Part shown: one piece after another, positions 18,468-29,525 of the stretch
Layout: each line of letters opens with the position of its first letter
Numbering within the stretch: position 1 is the stretch's first letter
DNA from: Trypanosoma brucei
Lineage: Eukaryota
DNA: 64,000 nt
Direction: 5' to 3'
Assembly: GCA_000002445.1 (NCBI GenBank)
Contig: CP000068.1
Coordinates: 928,001-992,000, forward strand
Program-made: the position numbers and the translations under genes
The notes under the pieces: generated by a model
Told to the model about the DNA's origin: nothing
Databases searched by the model: none
Seen by the model: the letters and a program-made list of their open reading frames with translations, nothing else

Positions 18468-19730
18468 ATGCTGAACAACAAGAAAGAAAACACGGATGAA
18501 CAAGCCGGCATGACTGTGCGGCAGCGGCTGCGGCAGAAGCGTGAGTTGGAGGAAAAACGAAAGTTTGGGCTTGCTCCGCTTTGTGTGGACGCGGTGTCGG
18601 GTCAGGAGATTAGCCCCAACGTGCCTCACCTCATATCTCAAGCACCATGGTACTACGGCAGTACCGGACCAACACTCGAACATCAGCGGCAGAAGAATGT
18701 GGAGGCTATTGAAGCTCTGAATGATCAGCGCGACGCCGTTAAGGTGTTTGATAAGCCGAAAACATATGTGGCTGGTGCGTGCGGCAATTGCGGCAGCGTC
18801 ACTCACAAGACGCATGAATGCTATAAACCACGGAAAAAAGTCGGCGCAATGTATAGCGGCAAGGTAACGGGTGTTAGTATGTCGGTAGAATGTGTGGAAA
18901 AAAATTACGCGCAAAAACGTGACAGGTACGCGATGGGCATTGGGGTTGACTTACTTCAAAGTATGAACCAGGATGGCGGTGTAGCAGATCAAGAAGATCA
19001 GGGTGGGCATAATGATGGAAGTGGAGGAGAGAAGCGATCGAAACTCGAGGATGTTTTTGCTTCGAAGACAGCGGTTTCTGGCGGTGGCGGTGGTGTGGCA
19101 ATTAAGGAACTACCGAAGCACTTGCATAACCTGGACGATGATGGACTCTTCTTTGATCCCAAGACGGGTTCGATGCGCGGCAATCCCAACGCAGCTGATC
19201 CCACGAAAATATTTCAAGGCGATCTGCAGCGCTACCGATCGGGAGATTATTACACCTACCTTGAAATGCAACTTCGTTTTCTCAAGGGGGAGTCTTCATC
19301 TTTCGTGGACTTTAGGTTGGACGAACAACTCCAAAAAGAAAAGCAGCAACAAACCATTGGCAGCAGTGGTGGTAACCCCAGCGGCGGTGGTGAGAGTGTG
19401 GGAGAAACGGCTCATGACAGACTGGTACGTTCCCTTTACGGTGATTCTACTCTTGTTTCCTCTGGGAACGCGCAGAAAATGAGAGAAGCTCTTGCTGCGG
19501 CTTCGGCGTACACCAGCTGTTCAGCACCAGATGAAGATACACTCGCCACTAGCGCGCCATCATCATCTCATGCTTTAGGCCCGGCAACGCGAAATGGCCA
19601 CTTGTATGTTTACGGAAGCTATTTTGATACAAAAGAATTTAGGTGGGGCTACAAATGCTGCAAGCGTCTGGGGAGGGAAGCAGAGGCATGTAAGATGGAA
19701 AAGGCTTCGACAACAAAGGAACTCGAGTAG
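18468..19730 (+). CDS. SLU7: Pre-mRNA splicing factor SLU7
   Basis: REDWRKKKELEEQRKLG-like N-terminus (RQRLRQKRELEEKRKFG), PHLISQAPWYY motif, CCHC zinc knuckle CGNCGSVTHKTHEC and C-terminal GSYFDTKEFRWGYKCC all match human SLU7. The ORF-track start at 18435 is GTG; the first in-frame ATG is 18468. Confidence 0.8.
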   Translation: MLNNKKENTDEQAGMTVRQRLRQKRELEEKRKFGLAPLCVDAVSGQEISPNVPHLISQAPWYYGSTGPTLEHQRQKNVEAIEALNDQRDAVKVFDKPKTYVAGACGNCGSVTHKTHECYKPRKKVGAMYSGKVTGVSMSVECVEKNYAQKRDRYAMGIGVDLLQSMNQDGGVADQEDQGGHNDGSGGEKRSKLEDVFASKTAVSGGGGGVAIKELPKHLHNLDDDGLFFDPKTGSMRGNPNAADPTKIFQGDLQRYRSGDYYTYLEMQLRFLKGESSSFVDFRLDEQLQKEKQQQTIGSSGGNPSGGGESVGETAHDRLVRSLYGDSTLVSSGNAQKMREALAAASAYTSCSAPDEDTLATSAPSSSHALGPATRNGHLYVYGSYFDTKEFRWGYKCCKRLGREAEACKMEKASTTKELE

Positions 19731-20076
19731 GCCGTCATCGCTGGCCCCCTTATTGTTGTGATGCTGAACTTTAATCGGATGGAAATACTTATACAAATGG
19801 CCTTTGACCCCGCATCTTTTACAATTTTCCAAGCGCAAACTGACCCTTCTTCCTCGTGGGTAAGTTACTGAAGTGTGGATGATTAACGACAGGGTATTCT
19901 TACGGCTCCTGACTCGGCAATTTCAACATTACAAACTCTCTAGGACCTTCGTAAGCTGTTTGTGTTCGTTTTCCCTCTTACCGTGCGACGATCTCTCACA
20001 TCTTTCCCTTTCTTAATTATCAATTTAACTTCTTATGTGTGCGTTTAGGTTGCTGCCTTGTTGGAAGTGGATTCTA

Positions 20077-20097
20077 TTTTTTTTTTTTTTGGGGGGG
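20077..20097 (+). promoter_or_regulatory. T14-G7 homopolymer tract upstream of IFT121, a candidate polypyrimidine trans-splicing signal
   Basis: A tttttttttttttt ggggggg run sits about 135-150 nt before the ATG at 20230. Confidence 0.35.
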
Positions 20098-20229
20098 TCG
20101 AAGAAGGGTATAGGGAATAGAGCGTGCTTATACGAAAACATACACAAAGCAAGGAAAAAGTGTGTAGGAATCAGCGGCATCAACAGGACTGTTGCTTGGG
20201 AAGGCGAAAAGGCAGTTGCAGAGTAAGCG

Positions 20230-23200
20230 ATGCATCTCTACTTAACCAAGCGAGTAGCCATCCCTTCAACAGTGGCTGTCACAGCAGTTGCGTGGAACGA
20301 GGAACAGGGATGGCTGGCAGTGGGTGGAAAAGGTGGTTTGCTCAAAGTGTTGAAAATTGATGGCGGCGGATCGCAGCGCGGTGGACTCGCAATGAATCAA
20401 ACACTCGAAGGGCACGAAACTGACGTGTCGGTGGTAGCATGGAACCACCAGTACCGCAAACTTACTTCCAGTGACGCTGGGGGGCAAATTATTGTATGGA
20501 TGCTTCACAAGGGAATGTGGTTGGAGGAGATGATCAACAACCGCAATAAGAGCACTGTGCGTGACCTCGCATGGAGTGTGGACGGCACAAAGGTGTGCAT
20601 TGTCTATGAAGATGGGGCCGTCATTCTTGGTGGTGTGGATGGCAACCGTCTGTGGGGAAAAGACTTGAAGTGTGAACTTACCAATGTTACATGGAGCCCC
20701 GATGATCGCTATATCCTCTTCGGTACCAAGTCTGGAGACGTGCAGATGCACGACAGTGCTACTGGCCACCTTGTAAATCAAGTGGCCATTACACATCAGG
20801 CTAATAAAGTGCCACTCGCTGGGTTAGAATGGAGTTCTGCATGGGTCGACAGGCCGGAACCACTTCCCTCATTGGCGGTATGCTACAAGAACGGCCGCAT
20901 ACATTTGCTACGCGGCATAACAGACCATGAAGCCCGCGTTGTTGAAGCTGGGATCAACGTCACGGGAATCGCTTGGAATCCGCAAGGGACAATGCTTGCA
21001 GTATGTGGTGTACCCGCCACTGGTGGTGCATCTGGGGATGGAGGTACGTCGGCGCAGGGAGGCGCCACCGGGGGAGATGCGGGGGCAGATGGCTCCGCCT
21101 CCTCGGTGCTGACACTGATTTACAATGGTGACGGAGTTCATATGCGGACACTACGTATGAATGGTAAGTTCTGCGGCGGTATCACCTGGGAGGGCGACGG
21201 TTTGCGCGTTGCCGTCGCAGTTGATGCTGCCATGTACTTTGCGAACGTACGATGTGACTACAAATACGCTTACTTCCACAAAACAGTTGTCTTTGCATAC
21301 AACCGCCCCGACCGCACAGACAGCAGCGTAATGTTTTGGAACACGAGGAACAACGAGCGCGTCATTCGCCACATACGTGGGCTACTTCATATACATGCTT
21401 GCAGGAATGCGTGCCTGATTGTCAATGCCCCAGGTGAAGAGCGTTGCTGCATTGTGCAACTCGTGAATGCCATTGGGTGTCCTATTGAGTCGAGGATGTT
21501 GGATATGGAGCCAATCGTGAGCGGTTTGAACTCCTCTCACGTGGTTGTCGCAGACGAGGAGAACATTTACATCTGGCAGTTCCGCGATCCGTCCGTCGTG
21601 GTGGACGCCCTTGATCCTGTTTCTGTGCAGATGAGCCGCCGCGAAACCCACGACCGGGTCGTGCACGTCGATGATTTTGTACGGGCTGATACACCTTCTG
21701 CCCTCACTACGCAAACAGCTCTAACGAATGATCTTATCTGCACCGTGTGTCTTAGTGAAGACTTTCTGTTCGTGGCTCGCGAATCGGGATTGCTACAGCT
21801 GTACCGCTTTAACCCTCTGCAGTTGGTTGGGAAAGCTGTTCTGCCGTGCCGTCCACAGAGCATTGCGGTTAACTGTAACTCCACGCGTCTTGTTTTAATT
21901 GATGTCGTTGGTGTAATGCGCATGTTTCACATCGACCCAACAACGATGTCTCTCGCTCCGAGTAAACTAGTTCCCCAACCCGGTTTTGAGCGGAAGGACG
22001 TGTGGAATGTCCAGTGGGCACAGGATGATCCCGAGATGCTCGCTGTTATGGAAAGGTCTCGCCTCCACATATATCACGGCACGGAGTCGGAAGAGCCGAT
22101 TACCTGCAGTACCCACATATGCAAGTTCCGATCGCTAAAGGTCCGGTCACTGCTGTTGGATGAGTTAAAACAGGACCCGGAGAGGCCTCGAAGGGAGTAT
22201 GTTATCGATCATGATACACGTGCACTTCGGGATGCGCGGGAGGTAATGCAGACCGCATCAACAAGAGACGCGTTACGATACATGGACGAACACTCGCACC
22301 CAAAGCTGTGGTCTCTTTTTGCTGAGCACGCCCTCGCGCAACTGGACTTCGACAGCGCAGAACTTGCGTTTATCCGTTGTGGAGACTACCCAGCGATTCA
22401 GTTTGTTAAGCGTATCAAAACACTGGACGATCCACAGAAGCAACGCGCTGAGATTCACACCTATTACCATCGCTTTGACCAGGCGGAAAAGATATACAAG
22501 GACATTGACCGTAAAGACCTTGCCCTGGAGCTGCGTTACCGCCTTGGCGACTGGTTCCGTGTCGTGCAGTTAGTTCAGGAAGGTGGTGGTGATGAGTCCC
22601 ACATGAGGCGGGCGTGGGAGAACATTGGCGACTTCTATGCCGACCGGCAGAAATGGACCAAAGCGGCTCAGTACTACTCGCAGAGCCAGCAGCTACATAA
22701 GCTCGCCCACATACTTTTCCTGCAGGAGGATTACGATCTCCTCGTGCAACTCATCCAGAACGCCGAACACGATCGTGAGCTTTTATTGAAGTTAGGTGAA
22801 ATGCTTCTTTCCGTTGGCCTCGGTGAAGAGGCATTGCGCGCATATTTGGCAGCTGGTGAACCTCGCCTGGCCGTGGAGAGCTGCACGCAATTAAATCAAT
22901 GGGACTGCGTTATGGCTGTTGCGGAGGAGTACAAACTGACGGACGTTAGCAAACAGTTGGGCCGGCACGCTACGCGGCTTGTTGACAGCGGTCGCCTTTC
23001 TGAAGCTATTGGGTTGTACCGCAAGGCCGGGCAGCACGACGAGGCGGCGCGGTTGCTTGCGGGACTTGGGCAGCGCGCAGCCACAACTAATCCACTTAGT
23101 GCAAAGAAGTTTTATGTGTTGTCTGCACTGGAAGTGGAGAAGTACCGAAAGAAAAAAATGACGCTCAGTGGAAACGGCACAGCAGCTGTTGAGGCGTTGT

Positions 23201-24012
23201 TAGACGTAGAACAAAGTGGAAAGGGCCAAGAGCGGGCGTTTGATGCGGCGTGGCGTGGTGCAGAGGCATACCACTTCTTCCTGCTTTGTCAGCAACACAT
23301 ATTGAATAGGAATCTTGTTTACGCACTAAATGTAGCCATGCGGTTAATGGATTATGATGATATCATAAGTCCTGTTGACAGTTATAGCCTTATTGCGCTT
23401 ACGGCATACCTGGCTAAAAACTACAGCATTTGCAGTAAGGCCTTTACTCGTTTGGAGGCAGCGGAGCAAATGGATGAGCAGAGTCAATCAGAAGGGGGTG
23501 AAGCGAGGGGTGCTGTGCAACTACAAATGATGGATATGATAGCGGACCTTGATGTTTCTTGCCGTACCAAAGTTGGACATGGCGTTGGTCCGGCAGGTGG
23601 TGGGGCCGGGGGCGTTAGTGGCACTACTCGTCTCGATGGTACTACAACCTCTTTACAGCTGACAAATCCGTCAAAGGGTGCCGTGTCTGCCATACAAATG
23701 ACTTATCCAACCGTCACGTTGACGGAACCTCGTCGTCGCTTTGCGGATCTCGCCAGCAAAATATTCACTCAACATAAGCCGGAAGATAACTTTATTGACC
23801 GTGTGAAATGTCATAAGTGTGAGGCTCACAATAAAGAATGGGCATCTGCCTGTGTGCGCTGTCAGCAGCCATTCCACGTTTGCATATATTCCGGTCGTAG
23901 CATTACTTCAGAAGAGTTCTGGCAGTGTAGTGTGTGTCACCACCGACTTCTTGACGTGGAAACCGACCGCTTCCGTAACTGCCCGTTATGTCACACACCT
24001 CTTCGTCACTAG
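20230..24012 (+). CDS. IFT121: Intraflagellar transport protein IFT121 (WDR35), an IFT-A complex subunit
   Basis: The N-terminus MHLYLTKRVAIPSTVAVTAVAWNEEQGWLAVGGKGGLLKVLKI...MNQTLEGHETDVSVVAWNHQYRKLTSSD..IIVWMLHKGMWLEEMINNRNKSTVRDLAWSVDGTKVCIVYEDGAVILGGVDGNRLWGKDLK is nearly collinear with human WDR35. WD40 propellers are followed by TPR-like helical repeats and the C-terminal Cys-rich tail CHKCEAHNKEWASACVRCQQPFHVCIYSG...FWQCSVCHH. Confidence 0.9.
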   Translation: MHLYLTKRVAIPSTVAVTAVAWNEEQGWLAVGGKGGLLKVLKIDGGGSQRGGLAMNQTLEGHETDVSVVAWNHQYRKLTSSDAGGQIIVWMLHKGMWLEEMINNRNKSTVRDLAWSVDGTKVCIVYEDGAVILGGVDGNRLWGKDLKCELTNVTWSPDDRYILFGTKSGDVQMHDSATGHLVNQVAITHQANKVPLAGLEWSSAWVDRPEPLPSLAVCYKNGRIHLLRGITDHEARVVEAGINVTGIAWNPQGTMLAVCGVPATGGASGDGGTSAQGGATGGDAGADGSASSVLTLIYNGDGVHMRTLRMNGKFCGGITWEGDGLRVAVAVDAAMYFANVRCDYKYAYFHKTVVFAYNRPDRTDSSVMFWNTRNNERVIRHIRGLLHIHACRNACLIVNAPGEERCCIVQLVNAIGCPIESRMLDMEPIVSGLNSSHVVVADEENIYIWQFRDPSVVVDALDPVSVQMSRRETHDRVVHVDDFVRADTPSALTTQTALTNDLICTVCLSEDFLFVARESGLLQLYRFNPLQLVGKAVLPCRPQSIAVNCNSTRLVLIDVVGVMRMFHIDPTTMSLAPSKLVPQPGFERKDVWNVQWAQDDPEMLAVMERSRLHIYHGTESEEPITCSTHICKFRSLKVRSLLLDELKQDPERPRREYVIDHDTRALRDAREVMQTASTRDALRYMDEHSHPKLWSLFAEHALAQLDFDSAELAFIRCGDYPAIQFVKRIKTLDDPQKQRAEIHTYYHRFDQAEKIYKDIDRKDLALELRYRLGDWFRVVQLVQEGGGDESHMRRAWENIGDFYADRQKWTKAAQYYSQSQQLHKLAHILFLQEDYDLLVQLIQNAEHDRELLLKLGEMLLSVGLGEEALRAYLAAGEPRLAVESCTQLNQWDCVMAVAEEYKLTDVSKQLGRHATRLVDSGRLSEAIGLYRKAGQHDEAARLLAGLGQRAATTNPLSAKKFYVLSALEVEKYRKKKMTLSGNGTAAVEALLDVEQSGKGQERAFDAAWRGAEAYHFFLLCQQHILNRNLVYALNVAMRLMDYDDIISPVDSYSLIALTAYLAKNYSICSKAFTRLEAAEQMDEQSQSEGGEARGAVQLQMMDMIADLDVSCRTKVGHGVGPAGGGAGGVSGTTRLDGTTTSLQLTNPSKGAVSAIQMTYPTVTLTEPRRRFADLASKIFTQHKPEDNFIDRVKCHKCEAHNKEWASACVRCQQPFHVCIYSGRSITSEEFWQCSVCHHRLLDVETDRFRNCPLCHTPLRH

Positions 24013-25464
24013 TTTCAGAGATTTGTAGGGGTTAGAGGAGAAGCAAGCTTTTAAAATTGTCTCTAGAATGTGTTTGCTTCCTCACACACAGTTTACATTT
24101 CCTTTCCATACTGGAAGGCCCCGCAGGCGTATTGAACCATTTGCCTTCTATTCCTCTTTCCACTGTTTGATTGCTTGCTTATATGCTCAACTCGTGTGCC
24201 CCACTGCGCTGTTCAATTTTTCTTTTACCATTATGTTTCTCCAGCTGATGGTGTTGGTGCTCGTCGAGGTTTTGCCGTGTGGGGTACGAAGAAGTGGGGA
24301 TGTGTTGTGTACGTTACCGTTGTTTTTGTTGTTGTGTTGGGGAGTGGGGAAGGCGTTTATTGGGAGAAAAAAGAAATGCCTCGAGCACGAGCCGTCTCGG
24401 CCCTGGAGCATATGCATCAAAAGGCTGATAATATTAATATCTATGTGCATGAATGTACAAACAAGTGAAATTTATGCGCAATGAACAAAACCTCTGCATC
24501 GAAAGAATAGATCAATGGAGACCAATGGGTGTGAGAAGTGATGCAACTAGCGCGCGCATGCACAACCTTACAAGTTTCTTTTCGTTGGATAACTATCCGA
24601 GCGAAGTGAGGTATGAATAAATAAATGCATATATAGAGAAAGGAGAAGGAAATAATATTGGGCAAGTGATGAGGGCTGAGAATTTTGTTCGTGCGCGTTG
24701 AAGAGAGAAAGAGTTGGTTGCATCTTTTCTCACCACGTAGACATTTTTTCCTTTTTTTTGTTTGCCTCTGAATATTGAATTTTGCTTCGTTTCGCCTGTG
24801 CGAGCGTGTGATCATACTGTTGGAAGTGCCATGGTGCCGACTATATATAGTTTCGTTATGTTCCAACCCCTCACCATTGCATCAATATTTGCTCCGTCCA
24901 CTGATCTTAACATGGTGAACAATGGCAAATGTTGCGGATGGCACTGATGGAGAGGTGATTAGTGGTCGCGGGTGGAAATGGTTTGACAGAAAAGGTGGAG
25001 CATCAGAAGGAAAAAGTCGCAGTTTTCAAAGAAAAAGCTGTCATGAGGACCGTACATCCCTTGCCAAAGTACATACGAAACCCGTTTCTCTGTTTCGCAT
25101 TCTTTTTTTTCTTCCTTTTTCAAGATACATCAAAAAGGTTTCTTTCCTCTTGGTCTGTTTTTGTGCAATGTTCCTCTGTGTAAGTTTGTCCCTTCCGTTT
25201 TCCGACTCTGATTTACCGACAGCGCCCTTTTGTTCTTCCCTACTTCATATGCGTACGCTTGTGCGCGTTTCCGCCCACCGTGACAGGCACAAAGGAAGTG
25301 GAACTCATTGCAGTTTTGTTACTTGGCTGTTATCAACGTAGCCGTACGAGTGCGGCACAGCTACCGGCGCCGTTATAAGGCGTAATACTACGGCAAGCTG
25401 TTGCGCAGAAGGAAGGCGCATTGAAGTGGAGAACCAAAACATCGTTTGATCAAACGTGGATTGA

Positions 25465-26061
25465 ATGCTACGTCGAACGCGTTTTATTTGTGTGGGCGCG
25501 AAGCACTTCTTTAGAACAGATGGCCAACCGTATCAACCGTACACAATAAAGTCGCTCTTCCTTTTTGGCTTTATTGCCTCTACGGCATTCCTTTCTGTTT
25601 TCACCGTGAAGGAAACGAAAAAGGCTGGGCCACTGGAGCTTCCCGATGAGCTTGAGGACGAGCGGCGCCGGAGGAATGACCCTCGACGACCACCCTGGCC
25701 GCTGCTGCATCAACGCAGTGTTCTTTTGCGAGAGGGGAAGGCACCACACGACGACCTTCTACTTCTGTGGGAACAAACACGCCATTATTATCCTGCAGAC
25801 TGGCTCGTGCCTCTAGAGATAACACAGGTATTGAAGTACACAAGCGGGGCATACCTGCAAAATTATGTACCGGATCCCGACCAGTTGCGTAAGGAGGTAC
25901 TGATGCAACTGTTGAATATTCAGTATGGACGGGTGAGGGACCCAAATGGGGGTAGACTCAACCGAGATGTGAAGGAAATTATCGCAATGGCAATTGAGGA
26001 TTTGGAGAACATGGACCTCAGTCCCGGCACAGAACCGGCGCTAGTGCCGACGCACACCTAA
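25465..26061 (+). CDS. Hypothetical protein, probably a mitochondrial membrane protein
   Basis: ATG start; presequence-like MLRRTRFIC; one hydrophobic helix LFLFGFIASTAFLSVFTV; 198 aa. Family not recognised. Confidence 0.5.
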   Translation: MLRRTRFICVGAKHFFRTDGQPYQPYTIKSLFLFGFIASTAFLSVFTVKETKKAGPLELPDELEDERRRRNDPRRPPWPLLHQRSVLLREGKAPHDDLLLLWEQTRHYYPADWLVPLEITQVLKYTSGAYLQNYVPDPDQLRKEVLMQLLNIQYGRVRDPNGGRLNRDVKEIIAMAIEDLENMDLSPGTEPALVPTHT

Positions 26062-26780
26062 GCGCGGAGTGCAAACAAAAAAAAAACAGCAACACAAAGT
26101 GAGAGTTACGTAGTGTTTTTCTCTTTTTTTTTTTTCGGTTCCTTGTCACTGAAACTTATACATGTTACTTTCCCCCCTTTTTGACTTTAATGCCGGACGT
26201 CTTGTGGTCGAGTGCCATTTTTTTTTTCTTTTCGTGATTACATGACCATGTTTTGTAGCTTGACCCCTCTTTATCTATCTCGATGTGGATGTGTTGGACT
26301 CTATCAAAACTGGGTGTGGTGAAGATCACTGATTATGGAGTGTGAATGGCGATTTTACCTTGAAGGCTCAAACACGGTGCTCATTTCCATCGGTTGGGTT
26401 CCGCTGCCCAGTGGGCACATGTGCTGCTGCGCAGGTGGGTGGAGCCACGGGACACCGACGATATGATGATAAATGTTGATAAGAAGAAGAGGAGGGAGCG
26501 GGGCACAGTTGGAGGCACGACTTTTTTTGTTTTGCAGTTCGAAACTCGATCATTTTGGTAAAGAGCCCGCAGCTGAAAAGCTAAATGGGCTGAGTGACCG
26601 GTATCAAGTCTAGTTAATTATTACTGTTGCCACTTTTTGGGGAATAAATCACGCGATTTCGGTGCTACCGTCGTTGAGCGCCTAAGAGCAGGCGAGATGT
26701 GGGGAAAGGTGTGCACGGGGTTATTTTTTTCGAAGTTTGTTTGGCGGTAGATATTTTGCGTCTCCTTTTAGAGGTTGTTT

Positions 26781-26850
26781 CTGTCTCTGCCTTTGTGGGC
26801 TCTCTACTTTTATTGTTCTTTTTTTTTTCGTTCTGATCTTTCGTTTAACC
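26781..26850 (+). promoter_or_regulatory. Pyrimidine-rich tract upstream of PARP, a candidate trans-splicing signal
   Basis: ctttgtgggctctctacttttattgttcttttttttttcgttctgatctttcgtttaacc lies upstream of the ATG at 26976. Confidence 0.35.
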
Positions 26851-26975
26851 TGGTCATCATGCATTGAAGTGTTGACAAGCCGGTGACCAAAGAGGCAGGC
26901 TACGGAAAGCTGGAGAATAGCTGGCTATTACAGTAGCAGTGGCTAAAAAAAAAGTTGTAAGGCGTATACTATATC

Positions 26976-28697
26976 ATGGCGGCTAAAGGAAAGTCAACAC
27001 AAAGGCGTTCTGCCACCGGTGGTGCTAATTCCAAAGGTGCTTCCGCTAAAATTTCTCCAGTAAAGAAGTCAACAGCGAGAAAAGGACAGCAAAAGACAAC
27101 CAAGAAAACACCTGTGGTAACCAAGCCAGTGCCTACCAAAACAACTGCGGCGGCGGGGGTGAAAAAGAAAGTTGATGCTGCTGTAACCACGCAAGCGCCG
27201 GTGACAGGGGGGAAGCGGGAGCGATTTCTTCGGAAGGGACGCGGCGTTGTCGACGTGCACTCGGGCAAAGTGGACACTTGCCATGTGTACGAGAGAGACG
27301 GCACCGTGTTTCAGTTTACACTGAATCAAACAAACATATCGAGTAATAACAATAAGTTCTACATAACTCAACTACTTGAGGATGACGCGCGCAAAAATTA
27401 CTTTATCTTTGCGCGGTGGGGCCGTGTGGGCGCTGTGGGGCAATACATGTTGGAACCGTACTTGGATGCGCGCAGTGCGGAGCAGGACTTTTGTTCCAAG
27501 TTCCGCGAGAAGACACGCAATGACTGGGTCGACCGTGGACGTTTCAAAAAGGTTCCCGGGAAGTATGAGTACATGGAGGTTGACTATGGGGAAGATGATG
27601 ACGATGACGCTGGTGGGGAAAAGCCGGGGAAGAAGAAAAAAGCGGAGAAACCGGTGAGAGAGTCAAAGTTACCCAAAGAAGTTCAAGATTTGATGCGACT
27701 CATTGGGTGCAGGGAGTCGATGTCGCAGGTGCTCCGAGAGCTGGAGGTGGACACCGAACGAATGCCATTGGGGAAAATATCGAAGGCGCAGATCCTGCGC
27801 GCCTACGAAGTACTGAAGGAAATCGAGAAGAAGCTTAAGCGGCCACTGAAACAACTGGAGGAACTGTCCAGTCGCTTTTATACGCTAATACCTCACGCGT
27901 TTGGCACCAGGCGGCCTCCAGTCATCAATACAGTTGATGTGGTTCGGCAGAAAAGGGAGATGCTGGAAACACTGGCTGAGTTGGAGGTTGCGTCAACACT
28001 CGTGGACATGAAAGACGATGAGGCCTTGCATCCGTTGGACAATATCTACAGAAAGATGAAGTGTGCGATCCAGCCACTAAAACCGCAAAGCGAGGTATAC
28101 AAACGTATTGTCCAGTATGTTCGCAACACTCAAGGACCTACCCACGACGCATATACCCTTCAGGTGGTGGAAGTCTTTACACTGCGGCGGGAGGACGAAG
28201 AGGAGCGATACAAACCGTTCAAGAAAATGGACAATCGCCAAATGCTGTGGCACGGCTCACGTATTACAAACTTCCTTGGTATCCTTTCACAAGGGCTTCG
28301 GATCGCACCTCCGGAGGCTCCCTGCACTGGATATATGTTTGGGAAGGGGATATACCTCTCCGATGTGTGCTCCAAGTCTGCGAATTATTGCCATCCACCA
28401 CGTGACACTAATACGGGCCTTTTGCTACTCTGTGAAGTAGCGCTAGGGAAGCAGAAGGAGTATGAAAATGCACACTACATGTTAGAACCAGAGAAAGGAA
28501 CAAACTCCACCAAGGGTGTTGGACGCATGTATCCCGATCCTAAAGGGGCGGAAGTTGTGAAAGGTGTGCTGTGGCCAAAGGGATGCATCAAGGAGGATTC
28601 GCGCTCCACTTCTTTAATATACCCTGAACACATCATATATGACGTCCGTCAATGCGTGTTGAGGTATCTAGTTCGTGTTTCTTTTGAGTATAAATAG
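26976..28697 (+). CDS. PARP: Poly(ADP-ribose) polymerase (PARP) with a Lys-rich basic N-terminus, WGR domain, regulatory helical domain and catalytic domain
   Basis: WGR motif FYITQLLEDD...YFIFARWGRVG. Catalytic signature MLWHGSRITNFLGILSQGLRIAPPEAPCTGYMFGKGIYLSD...SKSANYC...LLLCEVALG (H-G-S, Y-Y, E triad context). There are no zinc fingers; the N-terminal 90 aa are K/A/T-rich. A length of 573 aa agrees with what I recall for T. brucei PARP. Confidence 0.9.
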   Translation: MAAKGKSTQRRSATGGANSKGASAKISPVKKSTARKGQQKTTKKTPVVTKPVPTKTTAAAGVKKKVDAAVTTQAPVTGGKRERFLRKGRGVVDVHSGKVDTCHVYERDGTVFQFTLNQTNISSNNNKFYITQLLEDDARKNYFIFARWGRVGAVGQYMLEPYLDARSAEQDFCSKFREKTRNDWVDRGRFKKVPGKYEYMEVDYGEDDDDDAGGEKPGKKKKAEKPVRESKLPKEVQDLMRLIGCRESMSQVLRELEVDTERMPLGKISKAQILRAYEVLKEIEKKLKRPLKQLEELSSRFYTLIPHAFGTRRPPVINTVDVVRQKREMLETLAELEVASTLVDMKDDEALHPLDNIYRKMKCAIQPLKPQSEVYKRIVQYVRNTQGPTHDAYTLQVVEVFTLRREDEEERYKPFKKMDNRQMLWHGSRITNFLGILSQGLRIAPPEAPCTGYMFGKGIYLSDVCSKSANYCHPPRDTNTGLLLLCEVALGKQKEYENAHYMLEPEKGTNSTKGVGRMYPDPKGAEVVKGVLWPKGCIKEDSRSTSLIYPEHIIYDVRQCVLRYLVRVSFEYK

Positions 28698-29525
28698 TGG
28701 TTACACCGGTTTTGACAAGTGGGGGATGCCATCATCCCTTTCCTCTCTTCATTTTTATCTCGTGCTCTGGAGACAGTAGTGGACAGACTGCAGCCCAAAG
28801 TATAAAGAAGTTCAGGCGCCACGTGCATAACCTTGCGACTGCGGCCCCTTGCTCTTAACATCCCGAAGAAGAGAAGAATCTTGTGTTGGACGTCGCACAT
28901 GCCTTCGTTTTGTTTTCGTTTGCATTGTTACTTTCATAATATTGTGTACCAGGTTCTGACGCTTGCGTATGACAAACCCCCAATAGTTTGTTCCCACCCT
29001 CGCTTCGTATCTATTTTTTTGTTTTTTTTGTATTTTTCACCTGACTTACAGTTCACACCCTTATGTCTTTGCATTGCCACCGGTGATGGTTTTATGTATG
29101 GCTAGCGGTGCCTAGCGTTGGCTTGTGAACGGGAGAGGGAGGTGTTTGCCCCATCCTCCCTAAATTATCCATCTAAACCGGCGTATGATGTTTTTTTGTT
29201 TTTACCTTTTTTCAGATTCTTTCGTCATTGTGAACCACTGTAGGTGTCGTCTGCCTTATAGCATGCCTTATGTTGGGTGAGGATTTCCTAGTCTCTGTGG
29301 AGCACACAAAATGCGCAGTGGCGCCAAAACTGTTGGCGGAAAGTGAGGAGGGTTGGCATAAGTGGTAAGTGATACTGGAAATGGCTAGAAATTGAAAAAA
29401 CACAGGAGATCTTTTTCCTCCTGATCAGTACTATTACTTAACTTATTCAGTGCGTTTCCTTGTGATCGTTTACGCTTTTCATTTTCACCTTCTTGTGAAT
29501 TGATCGAAAGACATATAGTTACAGG

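Noticed and set aside
18414-18914. 166-aa minus-strand ORF overlapping the 5' end of SLU7
   Set aside because: Antisense to a conserved gene within a plus-strand cluster, with no recognisable motif.
20266-20796. 176-aa antisense ORF inside IFT121
   Set aside because: It lies opposite a strongly supported conserved gene. Its composition is consistent with reverse-frame reading of WD-repeat codons.
24012-25464. Small ORFs (up to 141 aa) in the 1.4-kb spacer after IFT121
   Set aside because: They are in mixed frames and strands with low-complexity products (FFFF, VVVV runs), more likely UTR than coding.
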